A stretch of 64,000 nucleotides of DNA, from positions 1 through 64,000 of the IMG/VR virus record IMGVR_UViG_3300032313_001281. One strand, 5' to 3'. Below the pieces are notes generated by a model, which did no database searches, was not told where the DNA came from, and saw only the letters and a program-made list of their open reading frames with translations. Position numbers and translations under genes: made by a program. Positions 36,537 to 46,388 of the stretch are shown here, piece after piece. Source of the stretch: a virus. Positions within the stretch are counted from its first letter, which is position 1. Each line of letters begins with the position of its first letter.

Positions 36537-36820
36537 GGATATATCTGGTCGCCGGCACGAAGCAACACCACGGTGAACTGATCTGTACGGAACTGTGTAT
36601 TCAGCTTGCGAGCCAGATTTCTGGCATGGCCGGGATTTGAGAATGAAACTTTTTTGTACTTGGGTCCTGGGTACTGCACCAGCATGTTGGATGTTTTGAG
36701 ATTGATAGGTTGGTTGTCATAAAACACGGCCCACACTCCTTCCGACGCCAGGACTTGTTCGGTCTTGTAGGTGGATTTGTTGGTGTGTTCGATCAACACA
36801 CGAGGTTTGGGTCTGCTCAT
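36533..36820 (-). CDS. Hypothetical protein (MSRPKP...)
   Basis: 95-aa ORF; its AGGAG RBS sits in a hairpin. Confidence 0.75.
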   Translation of the reverse strand: MSRPKPRVLIEHTNKSTYKTEQVLASEGVWAVFYDNQPINLKTSNMLVQYPGPKYKKVSFSNPGHARNLARKLNTQFRTDQFTVVLLRAGDQIYP

Positions 36821-36831
36821 AGCATAATACT

Positions 36832-36859
36832 CCTACATTTATTTATGCCAAAATGTAGG
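36832..36859 (-). promoter_or_regulatory. RBS-occluding hairpin containing a late-type promoter motif
   Basis: CCTACATTT-TGGCATAAAT-AAATGTAGG(AG). Confidence 0.65.
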
Positions 36860-36865
36860 TATATT

Positions 36866-37075
36866 TTAGAACTGTCCGCCCTGTATTTCCACTTGAATTA
36901 TGTCTGCAGTGGCAGTTTTAATCTGTTTTTCTTGCAGAGCCTGCAAGGTCAACAACAAACGAGTAATGTCAGCGTGCAAATCTCGTGCTTCGTTCATGGT
37001 CATTACAAGATCTCGGGCACCGCGGGCTTCTTGGCCCCGTACACGGTCAACGAATTTCTGTAGATGTATGGTCAT
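36866..37075 (-). CDS. Small hypothetical protein (start MTIHLQ)
   Basis: Helical 69-aa ORF; the longer ORF-track start overlaps the upstream gene. Confidence 0.65.
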   Translation of the reverse strand: MTIHLQKFVDRVRGQEARGARDLVMTMNEARDLHADITRLLLTLQALQEKQIKTATADIIQVEIQGGQF

Positions 37076-37511
37076 TGGCCTGAGCCTCCGAGTAGAATGG
37101 TCCAGCATGTTCATAGCGTTGTAAAACAATGAGTTTTGGTGCCAGCATGGTGTGCCAGACACGACTTCGTCGCACACAATACCAACCAGCGGCGAACCAA
37201 CTTTTGCTTTTGGCTGTCTTGGTGTATACTGGCAACTGTTGAGACACGTCCCACATGGGATTGTGAATTCGACCGCTGACTGGATATCCATGCACCTGGT
37301 CCATGGCCGACTTGGGTTTGGATAATTTCACCGCAGGTTCAAATTCAATGTTGGCACGCTGGGCCGCCATCTTTATGGTCTTGAATTGTGCCACTTGATT
37401 GTTGAGCCGGACTTGATAACCGCCGGCACAGGCCTCCACATTACCTACCTTGCGATTGTTTTCTTGCAAGATCCAAAACTGTTTGTCTATTACGGGTTTA
37501 GCTACTAGCAT
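37047..37511 (-). CDS. Hypothetical protein
   Basis: 154-aa ORF with overlaps at both ends. Confidence 0.7.
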   Translation of the reverse strand: MLVAKPVIDKQFWILQENNRKVGNVEACAGGYQVRLNNQVAQFKTIKMAAQRANIEFEPAVKLSKPKSAMDQVHGYPVSGRIHNPMWDVSQQLPVYTKTAKSKSWFAAGWYCVRRSRVWHTMLAPKLIVLQRYEHAGPFYSEAQANDHTSTEIR

Positions 37512-38505
37512 TCAATATTCCTTTGTATGTTTCATTCATCCATCGACCAAAACTTTCAGCCGACTCCGAACATTTGTTCAGTTCATACTTGCCACAGAAC
37601 TGCATGAATCGCACACCCACTTGACCCACATCCTTGTGCGAAATCTGTTCACGTATGGCCGCATCCACTGTGGCCTTGATGTCTTCTGGCTGTGCTGTGA
37701 GATCGATCAAGGTTCTGTTGCGTTCATAATCGTCCAACACACGATGTTCTGCACCGTCGGGATCTGACCAGCGTTGCAACATCATGTTGTTCCAGTTGTA
37801 ACCTTTTTTGTCCTTGTCCGCAAACGCTTCCTGAAGCCCAACCTTGTTCTTAGTGCCTTTGGTCCTGACACCCGGGAAGGCGCTAAACACATTGTCGCTA
37901 CTATCTCCCCGCATGCATTTTTCAAACAGAAGCCACGCTGGATCAGGGATTGTTTTAGGTTCTTTAGTTTTCTTATCGATAACCGCTTTGCCTTTGGCAT
38001 CGAAGATTCCTTCCGTGGTGTGCAATTCGTCGGTAATGCCGTTGTATTGTTTGACGTTGGGTGCAAGTAATTGCACAAAATCTGTGTCGCTTGAAATTAC
38101 TACATGTTCATCTTGGGGGTGTAATGCTATCCAGCGAGCTATGATATCGTCGCCTTCTGCGGTTGGGCACCGTATTACGCTACAGTTGGTCCTCTCACTC
38201 AAGTATTTAGTCAAAGCGTCATAGGTTTCCCAGAACATCTTGTCTTCTTCAGCTTCGGCTTCAGTGAGTGCTTGCCGGGCCACAGCACGATTGGCCTTGT
38301 AGGGTTTATAATGATCCTTACGCCACGACCTGCCCTCCAAAGCAAATACCATGTGATCGGCTTCAAAACGCCGGGCCATTTTGTTGGCAGCCATCAAGGT
38401 CACATGCAGGGCAAAACCTACTTTTTCCCAGGTATCACTGGCTCTAAAAGCACCGTGTCGGGCACGGAAGAACATGTTTGCTGTGTCAATCAGCACATAC
38501 CGCAT
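37498..38505 (-). CDS. T4 RNase H-like 5'-3' exonuclease/flap endonuclease
   Basis: LIDTAN, SWRK..Y..YKANR, EGDDII, SSDTDFVQL, GDSSDNV...PGV. Confidence 0.9.
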   Translation of the reverse strand: MRYVLIDTANMFFRARHGAFRASDTWEKVGFALHVTLMAANKMARRFEADHMVFALEGRSWRKDHYKPYKANRAVARQALTEAEAEEDKMFWETYDALTKYLSERTNCSVIRCPTAEGDDIIARWIALHPQDEHVVISSDTDFVQLLAPNVKQYNGITDELHTTEGIFDAKGKAVIDKKTKEPKTIPDPAWLLFEKCMRGDSSDNVFSAFPGVRTKGTKNKVGLQEAFADKDKKGYNWNNMMLQRWSDPDGAEHRVLDDYERNRTLIDLTAQPEDIKATVDAAIREQISHKDVGQVGVRFMQFCGKYELNKCSESAESFGRWMNETYKGILNASS

Positions 38506-38514
38506 AGCACCACC

Positions 38515-39216
38515 TTAGATGAATTTGTTTGCAATAATATATTGTAACATAAAACGGTGAAAATAGCTATGCCCGTCCTTGCCAAAATGCCATGAATTGG
38601 GCGCAACTGTTTCTATACCATGTGTTCTAATGATGGAATCATAGGTTTGTTTGGGATCATACGGACCAATATAATTGGGTCCCCAATCATGATGATCGAT
38701 TAGCTGTGAAAAATCATTATTGCCATTGAAAAAAATATGCTTGATATTTTGTTGTTCTAGCTCAAGATGAAGTTCCCAAATTTCATTGTGAGCCTCTTGG
38801 GTTTTTTGTTTCCAGTTGGTACCAACAATATAATTGCGATATCTTTCTGCGGCTTCTGCAGGCACACTGTCGGTGCCGCTGGCGCCCACTTGATAATACA
38901 CGCCATCGTACAGCCATTCTTCTCTCTCCCAGGTGCTCCACTGAATTATTACCAACCTGTCGTCATATGCCACTTGTTGACGCAACCATTCTCTTGTGGT
39001 GCGCAAGATCCTAGTGTTGGAGCTGGCACTTTCGGCTGCACAATGAAATCCTGCTTTGATCGATTTACTGAGAAGATGCCCCCAACTTACAGCCAAGTTG
39101 GCTGGATGAGGTGTCCTGCCTAGACAGACCAGCGCCGGATCATCTTCGGCAAAGGCGTAAGGGTTAACAGCTTCTGCACCAGCCGTGTGACTATCACCGT
39201 TGACATACAGGATCAT
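38515..39216 (-). CDS. SGNH-hydrolase-like protein
   Basis: NGDSHTAG, SASSN, WHFGKDGH. Confidence 0.65.
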   Translation of the reverse strand: MILYVNGDSHTAGAEAVNPYAFAEDDPALVCLGRTPHPANLAVSWGHLLSKSIKAGFHCAAESASSNTRILRTTREWLRQQVAYDDRLVIIQWSTWEREEWLYDGVYYQVGASGTDSVPAEAAERYRNYIVGTNWKQKTQEAHNEIWELHLELEQQNIKHIFFNGNNDFSQLIDHHDWGPNYIGPYDPKQTYDSIIRTHGIETVAPNSWHFGKDGHSYFHRFMLQYIIANKFI

Positions 39217-39599
39217 GACACTTCACTTCGTCCATCTCCGATGTCTCGACTTTTGACCACACGGTTGGGATTCATGGCCTGTTCCTGCTCCCAAGTTTCC
39301 AGCACAACGTTGCGGCACACAGCCTGGAACCAACGGTCCACAATGTCGTTGTCGGTGTCGTTGGGTTTCATTTGATATCCAGCCCGTACTAGATTGGCCA
39401 CAAACTTTTCATTCCAGTCCAGTTCAAAACTGCCTTGGTGCAGGTTGTTGGGATCTACTTCCATGCTGAGCATGGCCACATAGGGTTCTCCACGTTCGGT
39501 AGCCAAATCTTTTTCTGATTTCTCTTTGGGCTTGGGTGCTTCTTTGACTTTGGGTTTCTTTTTACCAAAAGTATTTTTTAAATTGTCAAAAAATTTCAT
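39213..39599 (-). CDS. Hypothetical protein
   Basis: 128-aa ORF (GEPYV...FELDWN). Confidence 0.72.
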   Translation of the reverse strand: MKFFDNLKNTFGKKKPKVKEAPKPKEKSEKDLATERGEPYVAMLSMEVDPNNLHQGSFELDWNEKFVANLVRAGYQMKPNDTDNDIVDRWFQAVCRNVVLETWEQEQAMNPNRVVKSRDIGDGRSEVS

Positions 39600-39602
39600 T
39601 TG

Positions 39603-39836
39603 TTATTCCTTTAGTTGCCATACAAGATGTTCCTGGCGATCGTGCCAGTGTTCTTCTACCAAGGGTGTGCCCGGTCCGTGCCATACTGCACGTCCACGGT
39701 AAGCCCAGGTTCCAGGCCATAATCTGCGACCTGTGATCTCACAGCATTGGGGCCATATTACTCGGCACAACTGCCAATCAGCTCGTATGTAAAAATGTCC
39801 ATTGGGACGGGCTATGCGTTCTGGAATGGGACTCAT
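39603..39836 (-). CDS. Small Trp-rich hypothetical protein (start MSPIPE)
   Basis: ATGA-coupled to the upstream dehydrogenase. Confidence 0.6.
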   Translation of the reverse strand: MSPIPERIARPNGHFYIRADWQLCRVIWPQCCEITGRRLWPGTWAYRGRAVWHGPGTPLVEEHWHDRQEHLVWQLKE

Positions 39837-41071
39837 AATCTGCGGGTGTTTCCATAGTGCAACACAGTCATACCCGGCATGTCCACAGGCAATTTTCGCC
39901 AAGGATCCACAATCACACTGCCAGGTTTGATGCTGTAATAAAACTTGTCGATATGATCACCGGCCACATAGTCATAGGTCACTGAACGATTGTGGGCCAT
40001 CAACACCACAGCTGGCCGATCAAAGTCAATGATCACATCTTGGGTGTCGTCGGCCAACGGGTCCACATATCTGATCTGATGACCTGCTTGCGTGACATAG
40101 TGGCCAATCAAGGTCGAATAACTGCCAATACAATAGGGCACGTCTGGCTTGTAGGCCTTGCCGTGTATGATGATGGGCAGATTGTGTTTGACAGCTTGTG
40201 CTACTAGAAAATCAGCTAGATTGCGAGCCTGTTGTTCTCGAGCCAGCATGATTGTGTCAAACAGATCATAACCAATGTTGTATTCTTCGGCCAACCAACG
40301 CAGGGCTATGTTGTCTCTGGGATGGCAGGCACCTGCATCACCCATGCCTGCGGTCATGTACTTGGGTCCCATGATGCGCTGGGTACTGTGTGCAAGAGCG
40401 TTGGTTACAACATCCACGTTGATGTTGCCTATGCGCTGGGCAAAGTCTTGTATCATGTTGACCAAACCAACCTTGGCACTGATAAATGTGTTGTAGAATA
40501 TCTTGATAGCTTCACACTCTTCCCAGGTTCCTATTTCAAAACGTGGATTGTTTCGGACCATGGGTCGGTATAGTTCAACCAGTTCTTCGGCCAGTTCAGT
40601 GCGGTTTCCGTATTCAGTGCCAATCATGATCATTTCCGGATTGACCATGTCCCACTTGACACTGCCCATGGCTATGAGATACGGATTGTATAGAAACTGA
40701 TGTTGTTTGTTCAGCAGCCCTGCAAAATGCTGTCTGGTAGTGCCCGGTAACACTGTGCTGATCAACACAACCCGTTTAGAAGTGGTGGCATAGTGATTGA
40801 TCTTGGTCAAACTACTCTGCACAGCTTCATGGATAAAATCTTTGGGAGGCATGTGACTGCTAGGAACACTTCCGTCGTAGCCCTCCAAATGTGGAGTAGG
40901 CACTGCTACAAATATCCAATCGCTGGCTTGCACTACTTCTTGAATGTCACACACTTTTACAGTGTTGCTGGTGCGTGGAACAATGTCATAGCCACGCACT
41001 GTGTAATGTTCGGCAAACACCTCTGCCGCATCCATGCCCAGTTTTCCTAGTCCAACAAATCCAATGTTCAT
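39833..41071 (-). CDS. UDP-glucose/GDP-mannose dehydrogenase family protein
   Basis: GLGKLG, VAVPTP, STVLPGTT, E.IK...N.F, GACHPRD, GKAYKP. Confidence 0.9.
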   Translation of the reverse strand: MNIGFVGLGKLGMDAAEVFAEHYTVRGYDIVPRTSNTVKVCDIQEVVQASDWIFVAVPTPHLEGYDGSVPSSHMPPKDFIHEAVQSSLTKINHYATTSKRVVLISTVLPGTTRQHFAGLLNKQHQFLYNPYLIAMGSVKWDMVNPEMIMIGTEYGNRTELAEELVELYRPMVRNNPRFEIGTWEECEAIKIFYNTFISAKVGLVNMIQDFAQRIGNINVDVVTNALAHSTQRIMGPKYMTAGMGDAGACHPRDNIALRWLAEEYNIGYDLFDTIMLAREQQARNLADFLVAQAVKHNLPIIIHGKAYKPDVPYCIGSYSTLIGHYVTQAGHQIRYVDPLADDTQDVIIDFDRPAVVLMAHNRSVTYDYVAGDHIDKFYYSIKPGSVIVDPWRKLPVDMPGMTVLHYGNTRRL

Positions 41072-41949
41072 TTGCCCCATCCGTTACCCCATAAGTCTAC
41101 ATGCAATCTTGGACTGTAGTTCCATCCATGCTTGACACAGATGTCTGCTATGCGTAACTTGTTTCGATCGTAGGGTTCAACTACTCCACCCTGTGGCATT
41201 AAATAAATTTGTCCTGTAAATCCACCAGCACGGAAAGCATCTGCAGCCTTGATTGCTTCTGTAATATGCTCGTCTGTTTCAACAACAAACTTGAGATATG
41301 TGTGACCAATGTCTTGATAGCTCTTAACAATGTCTGGACAAATTGCATCTTCCCATGACTCACCTGACGCACTTAGCTTTGCACTTACACTAAATGTCAA
41401 ATTGTTATAACCACGTCTTTTGTATTTGGGATTCAGTGTCCAATCCAACATCGTGTGCCTAAAGTCTGCGTGAATCTTTTGTGTGCCGTTGGTCTCAAAT
41501 GTAATATTACGCAGATCCTGCATGCGTTCATGTTGCAACAGTTCTGTATATGCACGTTGCCAGCCCAACAAAGGTTCTCCACCAGTAATCACAAGATGCA
41601 CATCGTTGCCATTGTTCTGCTGCCACATGTTGTTGGGAGTCAGTGCCAACATGCGTTCTACCAGTTCTTCTGTGGTCTGTGACGGGCTCAAGTGTTTGTA
41701 AGCTGGGTGCCACGACGCATAACTATCGCATCCGGTCTCCACTAGGGGTAGATCATTGAATGTAGGATACATATGGACCACTTCGGCCACGTCGTCAGCA
41801 CCGGTGCTTTTTTCGCCTGGCTTACAACCAAATCCTGCACAGGTAAAGTTACAGCCATAGGTGCGTAAGAACACACTAGGCACACCAACAAAGCGACCTT
41901 CGCCTTGTAAACTGTAGAATACTTCTGAAACTTTTATCTTTGCCACCAT
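41068..41949 (-). CDS. queE: 7-carboxy-7-deazaguanine synthase (radical SAM)
   Basis: SEVFYSLQGEG..G.PSVFLR..GCNFTC...GCDS, ITGGEP, ETNGT, SPRLHVDLW. Confidence 0.9.
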   Translation of the reverse strand: MVAKIKVSEVFYSLQGEGRFVGVPSVFLRTYGCNFTCAGFGCKPGEKSTGADDVAEVVHMYPTFNDLPLVETGCDSYASWHPAYKHLSPSQTTEELVERMLALTPNNMWQQNNGNDVHLVITGGEPLLGWQRAYTELLQHERMQDLRNITFETNGTQKIHADFRHTMLDWTLNPKYKRRGYNNLTFSVSAKLSASGESWEDAICPDIVKSYQDIGHTYLKFVVETDEHITEAIKAADAFRAGGFTGQIYLMPQGGVVEPYDRNKLRIADICVKHGWNYSPRLHVDLWGNGWGK

Positions 41950-42437
41950 GCCTCCCAAGGAAATACAATCCACGAATCTTCTTCAGCTTTATTTAGATCA
42001 ACGGCTGAATAACTAATTTTTAATTTGCTCTTACTTGCTTCGTTATCTACCAGCACCGCCACACGTACATTGTTGCCCCATACGTCTTTCCAACGCTTGT
42101 CTTTGGGAAAACACCCACTAGGCCAATCTTCCTTGATCCAATTTAATGTGGCACCCGAGTCGTTGATATCGTCTACAATAAGGATCTGCTTGCCTTCATA
42201 TGCATCTTCGGCCATCCACAAGTTACTTTCGCAAGCATTTTCATCACCGTCACGCAGACTTACCTTTAGTGTTTGCATGGGAACTTCTAGATATTGGCTA
42301 ATAAGGTTGGCCGGAACCAAGCCGCCACGTGTGAGCCCAACCACATAGTCTGGACGCCAGGCATCTGCGTGTAGTTGTCGTAGAATTTCTTGTGTCTGGC
42401 ACTCTACATCTTGCCAGGTATGATAGATTTTTTTCAT
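41934..42437 (-). CDS. Type I phosphoribosyltransferase (Gpt-like purine PRTase)
   Basis: VGLTRGGLVPA, ILIVDDINDSGAT (PRPP motif), WIVFPWE. Confidence 0.9.
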   Translation of the reverse strand: MKKIYHTWQDVECQTQEILRQLHADAWRPDYVVGLTRGGLVPANLISQYLEVPMQTLKVSLRDGDENACESNLWMAEDAYEGKQILIVDDINDSGATLNWIKEDWPSGCFPKDKRWKDVWGNNVRVAVLVDNEASKSKLKISYSAVDLNKAEEDSWIVFPWEAWWQR

Positions 42438-42471
42438 ACTTAATTGTACACTATTTGTGAAAAGATTGCAA

Positions 42472-43374
42472 CTATTTAGATCTCTTGCCAATGATAGATT
42501 TCATTCCTTCGGCAAAATTTCTAGGCCGATATGCAGGCATGATTGAAAGTAATCGGTTGATGTTGGGTCTGCGTGTAGCAGTTGAGCCAGGTAACCCAGA
42601 TTTCAGTGTCCACTTGGCCGATTCATAGCCCATGGCTTTGGCTATGATGTCAGCGGCTTCGGGTATGGTAATTTCCACATCTGTGCCAACGTTGACTACT
42701 TCACGCAACACCGTATTGGCACAGTGTATGGTGGCTTCTACAGCATCTTCAATGTAGCAAAAACTACGAGTTTCGGCACTGCCAGTAACTTCAAACACAC
42801 CAGATTCAATCTTGGCCATTTGGTCAGCAATGAAATGGCCAGCCTTGCTGTCCGCACCGTAGATGTTGAAATATCTAAGTGCTACCCAAGGCAATTCACT
42901 ATTGACCAAATAATTCTCGCTGGTAATTTTGGCCAGTCTATAACTCCAACGAGCATTGTGTATATTTTTGATAGTGATGTCTGTGTGCTCGGGTGTTGGA
43001 CTTACTGGATCATCGGACACCAGTTCACTGCTTGACGCATACACCAACTTGGTCAAGGTATCACATTGTTGAGCAAACTCAAACACATGTATATCTGTGA
43101 TAAAATTGTTGGTCAGCACTTGGTTAGGCCGCTCGTAAAAGTTCTTGGTACCGTTGATGGCTGCATAGTGGTAAATCTGATCAAAGTCACGAGGCAAATT
43201 GTCAAAGTTGCTCTGGTTCATAAGGTCCAGATTGACCCAGACATCACAGGGCGGTATGGTATTGCTACGACTATGGTTGTCCACAGCCCACACTTCGTTG
43301 TCGGCGCTGGATTTTAATTGGCGGCAGATTTCTGTGCCCAATAAACCACTGGCACCTGTGACTAATATTTTCAT
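42472..43374 (-). CDS. NAD-dependent epimerase/dehydratase (UDP-glucuronate decarboxylase-like)
   Basis: TGASGLLG, YASSSE, RWSYRLAK, RYFNIYG, TRSFCYIED. Confidence 0.88.
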   Translation of the reverse strand: MKILVTGASGLLGTEICRQLKSSADNEVWAVDNHSRSNTIPPCDVWVNLDLMNQSNFDNLPRDFDQIYHYAAINGTKNFYERPNQVLTNNFITDIHVFEFAQQCDTLTKLVYASSSELVSDDPVSPTPEHTDITIKNIHNARWSYRLAKITSENYLVNSELPWVALRYFNIYGADSKAGHFIADQMAKIESGVFEVTGSAETRSFCYIEDAVEATIHCANTVLREVVNVGTDVEITIPEAADIIAKAMGYESAKWTLKSGLPGSTATRRPNINRLLSIMPAYRPRNFAEGMKSIIGKRSK

Positions 43375-44144
43375 TGTTTGACTTTCTCGTTGTCTTGTAT
43401 AATGCTTTGGATCATGGTATATGGTAGTCCAAGATTTTGTATGAGATTGTTCCAGGCTGCGGTGTCTTTGGGCAGGCAATGCCCGCCATATCCACGCATG
43501 TTGGGATTGGCCATCAGATAGGCCGGATTGAAACATTCACGACGGGTAATGGCCTTGTAAACATTCATGTAGTTGGCCCCCATTTTATCACACACATCAA
43601 ATGTGATATTGGCAAAGGTCACACTCATGGCATGATGCACATTGTTGAAATATTTGATTATTTCGGCTTCGGTAGGTGTAACTCTGGCCACGTGCTGTGG
43701 AAAGCTGCCATGCAACTCTACAATAATCTCAGCATCTTCCTTGTTGTAACAACCTGCGACCAAAAGATCATGATTGTACACAAAGTCAGCCAGGGCACTC
43801 TTGGCCCTTAAAAACTCTGGAACCATGCAGAGACGCAAGGTAGGATACAGTTGATGTAATCGATCTGTGGTACCAGGAATCACAGTGCTCTTGATTGACA
43901 CTAGACCCGGATAGTTGTTGACGGCCAATTCAGCAACCACGTTGTCAACAATACTGGTATCACAATCTCCATTGGCGGTCTGGTCGGTAGGCACGCTGAT
44001 AAACACCACTTCGGTGTCCAGCACATCGTTCATGGTGCTACCTGCATGCTTGGGATCAAAGAACGTCATGGTGTGTCCAAGATATTCTAAACCTTCAAAT
44101 ACTGCACTGCCCACAGTGCCTCGTCCTATAATTCCTATTTTCAT
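43371..44144 (-). CDS. UDP-glucose 6-dehydrogenase-like protein, short form without the C-terminal domain
   Basis: GRGTVG, SVPT, KSTVIPG, PEFLR, GYGGHCLPKD; 257 aa. Confidence 0.85.
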   Translation of the reverse strand: MKIGIIGRGTVGSAVFEGLEYLGHTMTFFDPKHAGSTMNDVLDTEVVFISVPTDQTANGDCDTSIVDNVVAELAVNNYPGLVSIKSTVIPGTTDRLHQLYPTLRLCMVPEFLRAKSALADFVYNHDLLVAGCYNKEDAEIIVELHGSFPQHVARVTPTEAEIIKYFNNVHHAMSVTFANITFDVCDKMGANYMNVYKAITRRECFNPAYLMANPNMRGYGGHCLPKDTAAWNNLIQNLGLPYTMIQSIIQDNEKVKQ

Positions 44145-44758
44145 GTTGCTTCCTTAAAAGTCATATCTACACATCTACTGGTTTGATTCTCTTTGACCAG
44201 TTTATAAATTTGCTCCGCCACTTGTTCGGGACGCAAATAATCCAATTTGGGATCAATTTCTTTGCCTGCTGTGGCCATCCGGGTCAAGGTTCTTACCGGA
44301 TTGATCAAGTCAATGGTAATGTTTGTGCCTTCTAGAGAGTCTTTGACTCCTTGCCAGAGATTATGCAATGCAGCCTTGCTGGCACTGTAAAGCGGATACA
44401 GTTTTTTTCCGCTGACATAACTGCTGGAACCAATCATGATCAATCGTGTGACATGATTTTGATTTTCTGGATTCATATAGTGTCTGACAATACTCCAGTT
44501 GCTGCCGAAATTCACATTCATGGTTCTTGTGTGATCTTGTTCCCAGCCGTTTTCAAAAACACCTGCACAGTTTATGATCACATCGGGTTGCGCATTGGCC
44601 AATAGGCCACGTATTTCTTGATCCGCTGAAGACTTGTTGAAATCTATAATAGAACTATTGACCGGAATGATCCTGAATCCGTTTTGTAAAAACATTTTTC
44701 TAGTGGCAGATCCAATCCCGCCACGGTCTCCAAAGATAAGAGCTGTTTGTTTTTTCAT
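44141..44758 (-). CDS. Short-chain dehydrogenase/reductase
   Basis: GDRGGIG, NCAG, YSASK. Confidence 0.88.
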   Translation of the reverse strand: MKKQTALIFGDRGGIGSATRKMFLQNGFRIIPVNSSIIDFNKSSADQEIRGLLANAQPDVIINCAGVFENGWEQDHTRTMNVNFGSNWSIVRHYMNPENQNHVTRLIMIGSSSYVSGKKLYPLYSASKAALHNLWQGVKDSLEGTNITIDLINPVRTLTRMATAGKEIDPKLDYLRPEQVAEQIYKLVKENQTSRCVDMTFKEAT

Positions 44759-45162
44759 TATCGTACTATGCTATCAACTCTATAAGTATCACTCTCATAA
44801 TCTTCACCGCCGCGTGGACCTTCGGCAAAGGCTATGAATGTGCATCCATGTTCACCTGTTCGCATGGCATGTATTTCCATGGGTTCGCTGATGATCATGT
44901 CCCCATGTCCGGCCACAAACTTTTGAACTGGCTCCTCTCCATCCACAGCCTTGCTGTAGTAGGTCAACGTGCCATTTAGTACCAAGGTATACTGTGTGGT
45001 CAGTTTGTGATAGTGATTGCCACGTACGGCACCAGGAGCATTGGTTATAATGCAACCATGGTTCATGTTACGGGCATAGAACATGTCAGTGATTGTGCCA
45101 CGATCGTCGGTGTGTTGACCTAGACCTTGTTCGATGTTTTTGTTGATATTGTAGTATTTCAT
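44758..45162 (-). CDS. Cupin, NDP-sugar isomerase/epimerase-like
   Basis: DDRG, VRGNHYH, P.EIHA. Confidence 0.75.
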   Translation of the reverse strand: MKYYNINKNIEQGLGQHTDDRGTITDMFYARNMNHGCIITNAPGAVRGNHYHKLTTQYTLVLNGTLTYYSKAVDGEEPVQKFVAGHGDMIISEPMEIHAMRTGEHGCTFIAFAEGPRGGEDYESDTYRVDSIVR

Positions 45163-46388
45163 TGTTGTAAGAACCTTGTGTTGGGATTTATATTCGATAT
45201 GGCTTGTTTGAGACCTGCACCAATGTTCCAGCTCAAGATCACAGCATACGGCTTGTCATACTGAGCAAAGATTGTGTCGTCAGCAATGGGTATTCTGCTC
45301 AAAGGAGTGTATTTTCCTTGTTTGAATGCGCTGGAATCAGTTATGTATTTCAAGTGTGTTCGGTTGAGACCGTGCCAGGTCAGCCAGGTATTAGCCTTGG
45401 CAGCAGCACCCACTCCTATAAACACAGCTTCTGGTTCGTTCTGTCGTATTTCATAGAACTGACGCAACCATTGATCTCGCTGTTGTTCAAATCTGCGTTG
45501 CACTACCTCATAGAAACGTGTGTCAAATAGACCAATCTGTGTTTCTCTGGCTATGGCATCTTCTATGGCCACGGGCATAGCGGCTCCGGTGTCACGACGA
45601 GCAAACACTCTAAGGCTGCCGCCGTGGTAGTCAACCACATCAAAGTCTGTGATTTCTAGTCCCGCGGTCCTGAGCATATTCCAGGCCATCTTGATAGTAA
45701 AGTATGTAGGATGTTCATGATACACCATGTCAGTGAAACGACCTGACTCAATCATGCTGAGCCAATAAGGCACTTCAAACACAAACACAGCATCATCGGA
45801 CAACAAAGAGGCCACAGCTCTAGCAAATGCAACAGGATCGTTGGCATGATTGAACACATTATTGGCCATTACAACATTGGCACTGCCCACACGTTTAACT
45901 AGATCTTTGGCCACAGATTCGCAGAACATGGCTGGCATGACCTCTACACCACGTTCTTTGGCAACATGACACATGTCCATGCTGGGGTCTATTCCTATGG
46001 CACGCACTCCTTCTCCGCGGAACTGATTGATTAGATAGCCATCGTTACTGCCTATTTCCACAGCAAACTTTATTGCTGGACATCTATTCTTCACAGTGGT
46101 GGCATATTCATTCCAGTGTGCTCGAGCTGTGGCACTGTTGCTGGAAGTATAGCTGTAGCTGTAGAGACTGTACCGATCCTCGGCATGGCTCACATAGCCC
46201 AACTGTATGCTGCCAGAGTCAGCATTGAGATTGACCTGTAGTGGAAACACAGGCTCGCTGAGATTGAGTTGGTTCTCAGCGACGAAAGTGTCTGCATAGG
46301 CATGCTGACCAAAGTCAAGTATTTTTGTCACTGGTTGCTGGCTGATCAAACAATGTGTCACTGCTTGGCTGGTAGTTATATTGGTCAT
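45159..46388 (-). CDS. NDP-hexose C-methyltransferase
   Basis: EIGSNDG, NNVFNH, YHEH, HGGSLR, GAAAKA, KQGKYTP, ILSWN. Confidence 0.88.
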   Translation of the reverse strand: MTNITTSQAVTHCLISQQPVTKILDFGQHAYADTFVAENQLNLSEPVFPLQVNLNADSGSIQLGYVSHAEDRYSLYSYSYTSSNSATARAHWNEYATTVKNRCPAIKFAVEIGSNDGYLINQFRGEGVRAIGIDPSMDMCHVAKERGVEVMPAMFCESVAKDLVKRVGSANVVMANNVFNHANDPVAFARAVASLLSDDAVFVFEVPYWLSMIESGRFTDMVYHEHPTYFTIKMAWNMLRTAGLEITDFDVVDYHGGSLRVFARRDTGAAMPVAIEDAIARETQIGLFDTRFYEVVQRRFEQQRDQWLRQFYEIRQNEPEAVFIGVGAAAKANTWLTWHGLNRTHLKYITDSSAFKQGKYTPLSRIPIADDTIFAQYDKPYAVILSWNIGAGLKQAISNINPNTRFLQQ

